The notes under the pieces were generated by a model, which saw only the letters and a list, made by a program, of their open reading frames with translations, made no database searches and was not told where the DNA came from. Shown here one piece after another: positions 18,785-27,923 of a stretch of DNA of 64,000 nucleotides (within the stretch, counting starts at the first letter, position 1; each line of letters begins with the position of its first letter). Source of the stretch: a virus; the IMG/VR virus record IMGVR_UViG_3300047678_000239, positions 1 to 64,000 of that record; one strand, written 5' to 3'. The translations under genes and the position numbers were made by a program.

Positions 18785-19626
18785 AGTTAAAAACCATACT
18801 TGAAGAAATTAACAAAGACGCTGAAATTATTCAGCGAATCAGAACGGAATGTTCTGATGCTTTGGAGCGTTCACAAGACAAATATGGAGTCCAGCTTTAT
18901 AGAGGTGACGGAACGTTTCATGGTGAAACGTATTATTTGGACCCAAGAAACAGAGAGAGAAAATCAAAAAACACCAACAACATCTTTACAACTTTTGTTA
19001 AGGGAAGTGGTCAATGGGAAGAGGCTGGAATACCCCTTAGAAACAAATCAATCTTATTTACAAACCAACATGGTGTCAGTGGATATGGAAAGGTGTATTG
19101 TGTCTTTCCTATCAATGGTGCTAAGATAGCTCGTGGAGAAGAACGTGATAACTGGGAAAATTTTAGAGCTGGGGCTCAAAAGGTATTTGGGAATGACGGA
19201 GTAGATGTGGACGCTGTAAATGTCCTGATGAAAGAAATTCTTAGAATTGGTGTCGGAGATTTGGAAGCCAGAGAATGTGAAATGGGCGACGATTATGACA
19301 ACCTGATTTCTCAGCTAAAAATTTGCGATACCAAATTACAAGAAATTGTTTCAAATTTTGATGGAACTGATTATCACAATTCTTATTATCACAAGAAAAT
19401 TCAATCAATTCTCGAATATGGTGGAACCATAAAGGCCCTCCATGATTATGTTGACCCTCAAACAAATAACATAATACAGACAGACATTCTCAATGTAGAG
19501 CCGGACATGGATATGCGTGAACTGTGGACGGACTCTCCGTGTTATTTTGTGGCAATCGCAAATGAAACTCTTCTCAAAGAGCTTGGAATTTGGCACCGTT
19601 ATAAAGCCAAACCGTCTTGGGATTAA
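18781..19626 (+). CDS. Putative ADP-ribosyltransferase-fold protein, probably virion-internal
   Basis: LYRG...RNKSILFT...GYG.VYCVFP...E(LW); N-terminal MKLKTILEE tag. Confidence 0.5.
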   Translation: MKLKTILEEINKDAEIIQRIRTECSDALERSQDKYGVQLYRGDGTFHGETYYLDPRNRERKSKNTNNIFTTFVKGSGQWEEAGIPLRNKSILFTNQHGVSGYGKVYCVFPINGAKIARGEERDNWENFRAGAQKVFGNDGVDVDAVNVLMKEILRIGVGDLEARECEMGDDYDNLISQLKICDTKLQEIVSNFDGTDYHNSYYHKKIQSILEYGGTIKALHDYVDPQTNNIIQTDILNVEPDMDMRELWTDSPCYFVAIANETLLKELGIWHRYKAKPSWD

Positions 19627-19934
19627 TCCCTAACGTATTGAGAAATCGAATTTGGAAGCAAGTGACCTTTCACTTCGTCTTCCAATAGCTGTAGAACACA
19701 TTCATTCAATGTAATTCCACACTCATGAGCAATTTCATTCAATTCAGTCAGAACATCGTCAGGAAGTTCTAACTTCATTTCTTCTGTCAAAAATTCAACT
19801 ACCAAAGTTTTCTCTGGAGTCAATTTGAATCTAATTTCTGTGTCTGCATCCGCTCCGACTTGGTCGAGAACTTCTTTTGGAATTGTAATAGACAAATCAC
19901 CAGAGGGATTTAATTTAGCTGTATAGGAGGTCAT
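19623..19934 (-). CDS. AbrB/MazE-like DNA-binding domain fused to a ribbon-helix-helix-like segment
   Basis: LSITIPKEVLDQVG...IRF (swapped-hairpin pattern) then LELPDDVLTELNEIAHECGITLNE. Confidence 0.55.
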   Translation of the reverse strand: MTSYTAKLNPSGDLSITIPKEVLDQVGADADTEIRFKLTPEKTLVVEFLTEEMKLELPDDVLTELNEIAHECGITLNECVLQLLEDEVKGHLLPNSISQYVRD

Positions 19935-19958
19935 TGTTGAATATACTCACATAAAAAA

Positions 19959-19976
19959 TCTCATTTGTCAATGAGA
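19959..19976 (-). promoter_or_regulatory. Inverted repeat overlapping a TTGACA box upstream of the AbrB-like gene
   Basis: TCTCATT-tgtc-AATGAGA; TTGACA on the minus strand at 19971..19966; no clean -10 at 17 nt. Confidence 0.4.
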
Positions 19977-19992
19977 AATCATATTTATAGAT

Positions 19993-20679
19993 GTGAAATT
20001 ACTCAAAGATTTATTACCTGAACATGTAAAGAGGCTTGTTAGAAAAGAGGCTGTAGATTTGCCTCCAATTCAATTTCACGTTCCGCCGGCCCATCATCAA
20101 ACAGTAACCAAGTCCGATTCACAGAAACAAAATTTCTATCATAATTCAAAAGCGGACTTTAGCAAACTTACCAAAATGAAAAACTTTGAAGTTACCCAAG
20201 ATTTTATCGATTATATTAAGTCTCTTGAAAACCCACATTTTGTTGGTTATAATAAATCAAGTAAATTGTGGACCCCACACAAGTCTCCCGAAGGTGGTTT
20301 ACCTACAATTGGTTATGGTCATAAAATGACCTCGAGCGAAGTGAATTCAATGTCGGGTGGAATAACTGACGCTGATGCGGAGAAACTGTTGCAAAACGAC
20401 TTGTTGACCGCTTCCCGAGCGGTTAAATCTTATGTGTCCAGTCACTTCGGAGATATTGACCTGACAAATGAACAGATGGAAATGTTGACGGAATTCGCCT
20501 TCAATTTGGGTAGTTTAAATAAATTTCCAAAATTCACCGAAGCGGTTGTAAAAAACAACTGGGAAGTGGCAAACAGAGAATATAAAAGAACCTATGTTGA
20601 TTCTTCGGGAACAAGAAAAGAGTTGACCAATCGAAACGCAGCCTTCTTTGACCGATTTTTATCGAATAAAGTGGCTTAA
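19993..20679 (+). CDS. T4-lysozyme-like (GH24) muramidase with N-terminal extension
   Basis: PTIGYGH, A..LL..D, FAFNLG motifs; GTG start 4 nt after ATATTTAT. Confidence 0.75.
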   Translation: MKLLKDLLPEHVKRLVRKEAVDLPPIQFHVPPAHHQTVTKSDSQKQNFYHNSKADFSKLTKMKNFEVTQDFIDYIKSLENPHFVGYNKSSKLWTPHKSPEGGLPTIGYGHKMTSSEVNSMSGGITDADAEKLLQNDLLTASRAVKSYVSSHFGDIDLTNEQMEMLTEFAFNLGSLNKFPKFTEAVVKNNWEVANREYKRTYVDSSGTRKELTNRNAAFFDRFLSNKVA

Positions 20680-21114
20680 GTCTTTTTTCTTTTTATAGTG
20701 TTCGTAGATTTCTACACCAATCCAAATCGCTCCAATAAGAACTGAGCCGAGGATGAGCCAAGTGGAAACTGGATGGGTTTTTAGTTTAATCAAAAAACTT
20801 TCCCATAAAGTAGGTTCTGGCCCAGACGCGGTGGACATAACCATTGCTTCAGGAACTTCAATAGATGCTGGTGCTCTTGCTCCGGAAACCGGGGAACCTT
20901 CACCAGCCTCACTTCTGTAATATGCTCTTGGAGGAGCGGAACGTTCCAAAGATTCACGAACAATTGGTGTCGGTGGAGCTTCTTTCCACCAAGGTTTCTC
21001 AACCCAAACGGTATTAAAAACAGAACCGATAGCAGTTATTGCCGCGGCGATTGCTGCCCATCTAGCAACTCTGACTGAAGTTGGGATTGGTCGGAAGGAA
21101 CGTTTCTTAGACAT
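20659..21114 (-). CDS. Two-TM membrane protein (holin/antiholin candidate)
   Basis: Two hydrophobic helices, basic N- and C-termini; converges on and overlaps the lysozyme gene. Confidence 0.5.
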   Translation of the reverse strand: MSKKRSFRPIPTSVRVARWAAIAAAITAIGSVFNTVWVEKPWWKEAPPTPIVRESLERSAPPRAYYRSEAGEGSPVSGARAPASIEVPEAMVMSTASGPEPTLWESFLIKLKTHPVSTWLILGSVLIGAIWIGVEIYEHYKKKKDLSHFIR

Positions 21115-21145
21115 GAGAATAAGTATAAATACTCATCTCTAAACT

Positions 21146-21652
21146 CTACGTTTGTTCCCAAAAAACGTTTTTATACAAATCTTTGGGAATGATTAAATTC
21201 TGTGGAATTCCATTTAGACACACTTTGTCAAAAACTCTTCCCATTTCTTCTTCTGACCATCCGGCTAGTTTAGTTCCAATGGGTGTCATGAGAAATTCAA
21301 ATTGAGGATTGTTTAGTATAAACAAGAACATAATCTTGAGTTGTTCTTCAATTTCTTCCAAAGACGTTGTTCTCAATTTTCCAGGATGCTTTATGGTTTC
21401 AATTGCATAGCTCTTTCCACAGCTTCCTTCTTGGAATCCTCTCGAAACACCATATATCGCCCACTTTCCAATTCTATCACTGGAGCCAACAGAAGACTTC
21501 ATTGCTTTGAGAAACCATTCATCTTGTCTCCAAGTATTCTTTGATTCTCCTCGGCAAGCCAATCCAGCAGAACCGGCTCCATGAAATCCTGTGGAATTGG
21601 ACCCGAATATAAAAACTTGATTTGGTTTGAGTTCCATTCCACATTGTTTCAT
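21146..21652 (-). CDS. Macro-domain-like phage protein (start may be the Met at 21637)
   Basis: VFIFGSN..G.HGAGSA, SYAI.T, FLMTPIG..LAG motifs resemble the macro fold. Confidence 0.6.
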   Translation of the reverse strand: MKQCGMELKPNQVFIFGSNSTGFHGAGSAGLACRGESKNTWRQDEWFLKAMKSSVGSSDRIGKWAIYGVSRGFQEGSCGKSYAIETIKHPGKLRTTSLEEIEEQLKIMFLFILNNPQFEFLMTPIGTKLAGWSEEEMGRVFDKVCLNGIPQNLIIPKDLYKNVFWEQT

Positions 21653-21684
21653 TTAACGGTTATAAGTCAATTTAAAATAGGCAT

Positions 21685-21714
21685 AAAAAAGGGTGGTCTT
21701 TCGACCACCCTTTT
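21685..21714 (-). terminator. Rho-independent terminator after the major capsid gene
   Basis: Minus strand GGGTGGTC-GAAA-GACCACCC followed by TTTTTT; a 4-T run on the plus side allows bidirectional use. Confidence 0.9.
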
Positions 21715-21749
21715 GATGTAAACAATTTTGATTATTCTAACTTAGTTGA

Positions 21750-23357
21750 TTAGACCAAGTTCAAATCACCGATAACAATCTTACCGTAGAACTCAGGACG
21801 CAACATCTTCTTCGCGTAACGGGTCATTACTCCGCGACGTGGGGTGAAGTTCACTGGGTCATACACCAATGGTGTTTGAATCAATGGGATGTATGGTGCG
21901 TATACTGCTCCGGTCTCGAGGAAGTTATTTCCACGGAAACCTACCAACATAACGTTATCCGTCATGTATGGGTTCTTGTAGACGGTCCAACGGTTGGAGA
22001 GAGCTCCTACCTTTGCAACGCCCATTGCGAACTTAGCTTGGTCACCATCTGTGTTGGTGGAGAATCCAGGGATGGACTCGATGATTGTAGCAACGTCTGG
22101 TGAACAGACGAGGAAGTTTGCACCTCCACGAAGAGTCAATTGGTGAATCTTGTTAGAAACCTTTTGAATCTTGTTACCTAGGGTTTGGAACCATGTGCTC
22201 TTGACATATGCGGTGCGATTAACAGCCGTGTCAACGAATTGACCTGTCGTAGCGTTGAATTCCTTACCGATACCTGCTGACCAGTATTCCGTTGTTACGG
22301 TTGGTGCGCTTGTTACCAACATGTCGAGGATTTCAAGGTCGATTTCCATCGAAACGTATTCGGACAACAACGCTGTCAATTCTGCTTCTGCATCGATTGA
22401 GTGGTAAGCGTTCAAGTCTTGAGCCAATTCTGGAGTCCAGACGGCCTTCAACTTACGTGTCTTAGCAACGATTGCTTCAGACTTCAACTCGAGGTTGACT
22501 TCTGGGATACCAATGTCGTTAGCGACACCAGTGGTGTTTGGTAGGCCTGCGCCTTGGTCTTCAAAGTCACCACGGGACGTATCACCTGGTTGCTTGTGGT
22601 ATTGAACTGTTGCACCACCGGAAGCTTGGATACCAGAACCAGAAACTACGAAAGTAACCGTGTTACCGGAAACAGATGTGTATGCTGGGAAGAAGTCCAC
22701 GATACCAGATGCGGAAGCAACTGTGAACGCACGAGCGCCGTTAGCGTCGAACGATGTTCCTGTCAAGTCAACAGCGATGTTGAACAACTTTCCTGCCATA
22801 TACGAAGCACTGAGTGTTGGCTCGAAGTTCACGTTAGCGAACGAAGCTGTGGTCAATGTGTATGAAGATGACACGGATTGGTCATTGATTGTGTAACCGA
22901 AACGACCTGCGCCGTATAGACCGTTCGTTGCCGAATCAGTCGAACCCAACTTGTTTCCAGTTCCACCGAATAGTGAAGCAGCGTTGAAGGCTGGCTTACC
23001 AGCTTGTGAAGTTCCATACTTGAAGTCTAGATAGAACACAAGGCCGGATGGGAGATTCATTGGTTGAACCGAAACGAATTCCTTAGCAGCGATTTCTGCG
23101 AACACGCGACGAACCAATGGAAGAGCAACGCCAGCCCATTGTTCGGAGTTTGAAGTCGTTCCCGTGCGGGTAGCTTCATCGATAAGTTGCTTAGCTTGAT
23201 TCTCAAGGAGAATCGACATGTGCGACTTATCCATATCGGACTTAACTCCTTCGAGAAGTCCGGTCTTTTCCCACTTTGCGACAAGGCCGCGGGTTTGGGC
23301 CATAAGCTGAATCATTGGATTCGCTGTCTCACTGAGTAGTGATTTAATGTCTGACAT
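21750..23357 (-). CDS. gp23: Major capsid protein (T4 gp23-like)
   Basis: LLENQA, PLVRR, VQPMNLPSGLVFYL, AKTRKLKA.WTPELAQDL.AYH.IDAEAEL, YAPYIPL, FTPRRGVMTRY. Confidence 0.97.
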   Translation of the reverse strand: MSDIKSLLSETANPMIQLMAQTRGLVAKWEKTGLLEGVKSDMDKSHMSILLENQAKQLIDEATRTGTTSNSEQWAGVALPLVRRVFAEIAAKEFVSVQPMNLPSGLVFYLDFKYGTSQAGKPAFNAASLFGGTGNKLGSTDSATNGLYGAGRFGYTINDQSVSSSYTLTTASFANVNFEPTLSASYMAGKLFNIAVDLTGTSFDANGARAFTVASASGIVDFFPAYTSVSGNTVTFVVSGSGIQASGGATVQYHKQPGDTSRGDFEDQGAGLPNTTGVANDIGIPEVNLELKSEAIVAKTRKLKAVWTPELAQDLNAYHSIDAEAELTALLSEYVSMEIDLEILDMLVTSAPTVTTEYWSAGIGKEFNATTGQFVDTAVNRTAYVKSTWFQTLGNKIQKVSNKIHQLTLRGGANFLVCSPDVATIIESIPGFSTNTDGDQAKFAMGVAKVGALSNRWTVYKNPYMTDNVMLVGFRGNNFLETGAVYAPYIPLIQTPLVYDPVNFTPRRGVMTRYAKKMLRPEFYGKIVIGDLNLV

Positions 23358-23379
23358 ATATTATATTTCCTTTTAAGGG

Positions 23380-24753
23380 TTATTTCTTGTTGATACCGGC
23401 TAGCTTTTGGAAGCGAGATGCCATTTGGGCGCCTTCACTCAAAAGTGCTGGTTGGGTCGGCTTAGTTGATGCAACTGTTTTCGATGCGAGACCTTCGGTG
23501 ATGCTCTTGACCGTGGTGCTCTTTGGAGCAACCTTTGGTGCAGGAGCCTTAGCGCCGAAATTTAGCGACTCAGACAACGTAGCGAATACGAGCTTTGCTT
23601 CACGAACCGACTTCGTTAGGTCAAAGGACTCGATAACACGTAGTTTTTGCTCGTTCGTCATGCTGCTGGACTTGAACAATTTGTTCGTGTAGAGCAACTT
23701 GGCGTTGAGCAAGTTAACTTCATTGATGCGGTCACGCAAAAACTTTACAGTGTTGCGATATTCTTCTAGTTCCGCCTTCAAGGAAATGTTTTCTTTCAAG
23801 AATGCTGGCTTATCGTCATCATCCTTGTCTTTCTTCTCTTCCTTATCGTCGTCGTCCTTCTTATCGTCGGACTCGAGCAATTCGTCGAGATTGATTTCTT
23901 CTTCAGCACCGGCTGCTTCAAAAGCGGCTACTGGAGCTGGAGCGGCTGCTGGAGCAGCTGCTGGTTCAGCCATTTCGGCTGATGCTTGGTTGACTTCTGC
24001 CTCAAGTTCCTTGAGGATTTCGTCGAGTGATTCATCATCAACTTCAACGTCAACGTCATCAACTTCTTTCAATGGTTTTGTGGAGGTTGTGTCACCTTTC
24101 TTCCAGGTAACATCTACACCTACACCACCGTCTTGGTCACCAGAAGCAGAGACAGCACGCTTGATTTCTTTTCCACCAGAAGCGGTCTTCTTATAATCAG
24201 AAGATGCTGTAGCGGAAGTAGTGGAAGCCTTTGGCTCACCCTTCGTTACGTTCTTGTCGTCTTTCTTGAATCCCTTGGAAACTTCCTTGGAAGCTCCTTG
24301 TGGGTCTTCTGTCTTAGCACCCTTTGGTGACTTAGATAGGGAATTGCTCTTTTCAGTTTCGAAAAGACCAACTTGATTTTGATTTACGGCGTCTGGATTA
24401 CCAGCGCCAAGTGGTTGAAACTCATCGAGGGACTCTTCATCGTCACCGAAAGGAGCTGGAGCAGCAGGAGCGGCTTCATCTGGCATTGGTGCTGGTGGGA
24501 GGTCAGCCTCAGGAGCGGCTGGAGCTGCGTCGATTGGAGCTGGGGCTTCAACTGGAACATCAGCAACTGGTGCTGGGGCTTCAACTGGAGCTTGTTCTGT
24601 CTCGTCGTCGTTAATTTCTTGCTGTAGCTTAGCGGACAACATCGATTGAAGTTTTGGCGTGAAAGCCTCTTCAAGAGCTGCTCTAGCATTTGCAAGCGCG
24701 GTTGCTCTGACTGCTTTCGCGTCGGCAATGGCTGCTTTTAGTAGTTCTGACAT
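23380..24753 (-). CDS. gp22: Prohead core scaffold protein (T4 gp22-like)
   Basis: Directly upstream of the capsid gene; acidic low-complexity body, C-terminal coiled coil, many L/I-x-E sites, ends RFQKLAGI. Confidence 0.75.
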   Translation of the reverse strand: MSELLKAAIADAKAVRATALANARAALEEAFTPKLQSMLSAKLQQEINDDETEQAPVEAPAPVADVPVEAPAPIDAAPAAPEADLPPAPMPDEAAPAAPAPFGDDEESLDEFQPLGAGNPDAVNQNQVGLFETEKSNSLSKSPKGAKTEDPQGASKEVSKGFKKDDKNVTKGEPKASTTSATASSDYKKTASGGKEIKRAVSASGDQDGGVGVDVTWKKGDTTSTKPLKEVDDVDVEVDDESLDEILKELEAEVNQASAEMAEPAAAPAAAPAPVAAFEAAGAEEEINLDELLESDDKKDDDDKEEKKDKDDDDKPAFLKENISLKAELEEYRNTVKFLRDRINEVNLLNAKLLYTNKLFKSSSMTNEQKLRVIESFDLTKSVREAKLVFATLSESLNFGAKAPAPKVAPKSTTVKSITEGLASKTVASTKPTQPALLSEGAQMASRFQKLAGINKK

Positions 24754-24845
24754 AGTTTAGTGTTTCCTTGTTTAAGGTGAAGCTATTAGAGCCTCAAAAG
24801 TGGTTTACCGTCACTCGCACTAAACAGTTAGCGCATTTTCATTTC
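24754..24845 (-). promoter_or_regulatory. Structured 5' leader of the scaffold/capsid operon
   Basis: Three consecutive hairpins whose G:U pairs are valid only on the mRNA strand, followed by an AAGGA Shine-Dalgarno. Confidence 0.55.
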
Positions 24846-24854
24846 TATAAATAT
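24846..24854 (-). promoter_or_regulatory. ATATTTATA putative late promoter (scaffold/capsid operon)
   Basis: One of about 18 intergenic copies, all oriented with the downstream gene. Confidence 0.7.
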
Positions 24855-24917
24855 GTATGAAAATAGGAAACGTTAGATTTTTTAGTAAAAATCCAAAATT
24901 TCTTTATTTTAATACAC

Positions 24918-25370
24918 TTACTTAGCTTCTGGCACTTCGTTACTTCCGTCAATTTTCTCTTCTGCTCCGACCTTTGGAACAATAGAACCTTCATCATTGA
25001 TGCTAAAGTAACGATTCAATACGTGGCCCATATCTTCGTAAAGAGCTTCCATACGTTGTTCTACAACATAGCTCTCACGGGCCAACTTACCAAACTCTCC
25101 ACTACAACGGGACAATTCCTTCATATTACGGCTGACGGTGTTCTTATCAAACCATTCATCAGTTTCATTGAGAGTAAAACGCTCAGCGGACTTTGCAATC
25201 TCTTGAAGAGTTTGTGCAATTTCCATTAGGTTGTGCTCACGGCGAAGAATACGTCCATACTCATTGTATTTACCAATCATGCCGAGGGCGGCTTTCTTTT
25301 CTTCGATTGACCATTCATCTTTTTTATTGACGAATCCCTCAATTAGACTTTTTAGTTTCATGTCGCTCAT
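24918..25370 (-). CDS. Putative internal head protein
   Basis: MKLKSLIE tag; helical; between protease and scaffold genes. Confidence 0.6.
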   Translation of the reverse strand: MSDMKLKSLIEGFVNKKDEWSIEEKKAALGMIGKYNEYGRILRREHNLMEIAQTLQEIAKSAERFTLNETDEWFDKNTVSRNMKELSRCSGEFGKLARESYVVEQRMEALYEDMGHVLNRYFSINDEGSIVPKVGAEEKIDGSNEVPEAK

Positions 25371-25391
25371 TGTTATAATCCTTGTAAGTTA

Positions 25392-26051
25392 TTATGCTGC
25401 TTGTTGACCAACCAATCCCGACATTGCAGACAACAATTCAGCAGCCCCAGGAATGTTCTTAAAAGGAATCATTTCGTCAGAGAAGAGTTGGAACTCTTCT
25501 TGATTTTGAATCTTTAATTTTTGAACCATTTCTGTTGCAAGTGAATCAATTGTGTTTGTCTTGAAAGCGTGGTCAAGAAGCTTTCCTAACAAGAACGTGA
25601 CTCCACCCTGGGAAACCAAGTGGATGTATGATTGTTCTTTTAGCTCTTCTTCTGCTTCACCTTTTTCTGCTTTGGCTTTTTCAAGTTCAGCTGACGCTTT
25701 GAGGGCGTCTTCTTTTGCTTTGTCAACTTCCTCTCCACCTTCTGGAGCAGGAGCGGCTGGGGACTTCCCAACAGGAGTTGCTTTTCCTGGTTGAGGAGCA
25801 GCTGGGGCTTTTGGAGAACTATCGGCTCCAGCTTCTGGGGCTGGTTGTGCAGGAGCTTCTTCGCCTTGTCCAGCATTGTCTTTATCCAATTCTTCTTCTG
25901 GTGGTCTTTCATTTTTAGCCTCTTGTTTTAGGGATTTCTTTTTTGCTTCGGTAATAACACGCCAGTCCAAGTTAATGCGGCCGGTGTTTGATTTGCTACC
26001 AATCTCTGTTAAGAGTGCTTTGAAAGTTGGGTTGTTTTTATAGTCGCTCAT
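25392..26051 (-). CDS. Putative internal head protein
   Basis: FKALLTE and ITEA sites; Ala/Pro/Glu-rich linker; ATATTTAT 4 nt before ATG. Confidence 0.6.
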   Translation of the reverse strand: MSDYKNNPTFKALLTEIGSKSNTGRINLDWRVITEAKKKSLKQEAKNERPPEEELDKDNAGQGEEAPAQPAPEAGADSSPKAPAAPQPGKATPVGKSPAAPAPEGGEEVDKAKEDALKASAELEKAKAEKGEAEEELKEQSYIHLVSQGGVTFLLGKLLDHAFKTNTIDSLATEMVQKLKIQNQEEFQLFSDEMIPFKNIPGAAELLSAMSGLVGQQAA

Positions 26052-26062
26052 AGATATAAATA

Positions 26063-26689
26063 TTAACGAGTTTCAGAAAGAATGTCTCGGATGATGTTTT
26101 CGATGTTAAGATACTTGTCGATGGCCTTGTTATCAGACCCTTCTGCAAGCTTCTTACTGTGGTCTACAGATTCGTTTAGGTTCATGTAAGCGCCGCGAGT
26201 AGATGGAGAAGAAACCAAATCAAAGCAAAGTAATTCGAAATCGTCTTGAACTTCTACGGTGTTTTCTGCCATCTGACGAACCGAACCCAGCCCGCGGCTT
26301 GAGATACCAAGACGAACGTTGTTCTTTACCAATTCACGAGCAATGTTTCCAGATGGGGTGGTTAGAACTTCGATAGTTCCAACTACATCATCACCTTCCC
26401 AGTGACATTCCACAACGTTGTGAGAAACGTTCTTCAAATTGATTACGGAAGAATCTGGGTGGTCAAGTTCACCAAGAGCACGGCGCTCTTTGATGATTTG
26501 TTGGTATTTCTCAACCTCACGTTGTAAAACGTGGCGAGGATATACTCTACCATTGTGATTCTTCTGGCCGGCCTTTTGTAAAATACCTTTCAAGGTAAAT
26601 GCGCCAGTTGAGGACTTAGCCTCACTCAACATTTGAGGAGTTATCTCAAATGGAATAAAGTCTACAAGTAGTTGTTTGATTACGTTCAT
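26063..26689 (-). CDS. gp21: Prohead core protease (T4 gp21-like)
   Basis: NHNGRVYP, GELDHP, VSH, TPSG, GISSRGLGS, DLVSSPS motifs. Confidence 0.95.
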   Translation of the reverse strand: MNVIKQLLVDFIPFEITPQMLSEAKSSTGAFTLKGILQKAGQKNHNGRVYPRHVLQREVEKYQQIIKERRALGELDHPDSSVINLKNVSHNVVECHWEGDDVVGTIEVLTTPSGNIARELVKNNVRLGISSRGLGSVRQMAENTVEVQDDFELLCFDLVSSPSTRGAYMNLNESVDHSKKLAEGSDNKAIDKYLNIENIIRDILSETR

Positions 26690-26690
26690 G

Positions 26691-27212
26691 TTATACCTTG
26701 TGGCCAGCTATACCCATGTTTTGTGGATATTTGATTGGGCCTGTATTTTTAAGACCAACCTCTGGTTTTGTTACCGAAGAGGCTTGAGGAGCGTCAGCAA
26801 CTTTCGAATCATCTGATTCTGGAGCTGCATCCGATACCTTGATTTTGAATGCTGTGTTTACGTAGTAGTCTTTCTTTTCTTTGTCTTTCAATACAACGAA
26901 ATACTCATCCTTCAACATAAATACACCAACTCCTGTTACGGTGATTGTGTAATCTTTTTCAATTTGACCAACGGCGCCTTTCGACGCACGAAGTGTGACT
27001 TGCTTGTTTAACAAATTTTTCGACAAGGAACTTTCCAAAGCCTTTTTGGCTGTTTCGGTCTGTTTATCGAGTGTCGTTTCAAATTCTTGAAAGTCTTTGA
27101 GAACATCATAGAAATTTTCTCCAGTAGTTCCTGCTGTTGATGGCGCGGCTCCTGGTGTCGTTATTGGGCCGTCTTCATTTAGAATATTGCGGGCGAGGTC
27201 AGCTAATTTCAT
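26691..27212 (-). CDS. Putative internal head protein
   Basis: MKLADLARNILNE tag; head gene cluster. Confidence 0.55.
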   Translation of the reverse strand: MKLADLARNILNEDGPITTPGAAPSTAGTTGENFYDVLKDFQEFETTLDKQTETAKKALESSLSKNLLNKQVTLRASKGAVGQIEKDYTITVTGVGVFMLKDEYFVVLKDKEKKDYYVNTAFKIKVSDAAPESDDSKVADAPQASSVTKPEVGLKNTGPIKYPQNMGIAGHKV

Positions 27213-27215
27213 AGA

Positions 27216-27923
27216 TTATTTTCCTATACGTTCGATTTTACGAGCGATGTTTTTAAGGCGAGAGTGAACTTCCTTAATGTCTTGTTTACTACGCTTCCAT
27301 AGCTGGGATTGGTCAACACCGGTTTCCAACTTCAATCGTTCACAGATTGATACTAAAAATTCTACTTCGTGAAGAATCTTCTTCGCTTCACGAATTCCAT
27401 AAGAAACCTTGGCGTGATTCTTCATAATGTTGCTACTCTTGAAATTTGCGAAGCGGCCTTCAGCCACAACTCCACCAGCTACGTCAACTGAATCGGTAAC
27501 TTCTTCTCCAACTACCTTTCCGCCTGGCATAGAACGAGCAGCCAATTTCTTCTTTCTTTCTCCATCACCTTTACCAGAAAATGCCATTGGAGTTTGATAG
27601 CCAGCAACCGCTCCAGTGCCGGTCATTTCGAACATATTTCCACCAGTTACTTCGATGCCAGGCCCAGCAGCTTCTAAAAACTTCTCAACCTGTTCTTTGG
27701 TTCCAGCTAAGGTCATCTTGTAGTAAGATGGGTGGCCAGCCTCACTACTAAGTGTATCTGGAGAAGACCCCTTACCAAAGGTTAATCCAAATTGAGTAGC
27801 AAGTTGAATCAATTCATCTTCTGTGCGCTCAGTCTTGCTATCGTCCAAAGTCAATACAGCATGTGTATTGGAAACTTCAGCGATGACTTCGTTGATTAAT
27901 CGGTATAGTTCGGATTTTTTCAT
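27216..27923 (-). CDS. Putative internal head / core protein
   Basis: MKKSELYRLINEVIAE tag; internal MFE-MTGTGAVAGYQTP; C-terminal coiled coil. Confidence 0.55.
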   Translation of the reverse strand: MKKSELYRLINEVIAEVSNTHAVLTLDDSKTERTEDELIQLATQFGLTFGKGSSPDTLSSEAGHPSYYKMTLAGTKEQVEKFLEAAGPGIEVTGGNMFEMTGTGAVAGYQTPMAFSGKGDGERKKKLAARSMPGGKVVGEEVTDSVDVAGGVVAEGRFANFKSSNIMKNHAKVSYGIREAKKILHEVEFLVSICERLKLETGVDQSQLWKRSKQDIKEVHSRLKNIARKIERIGK

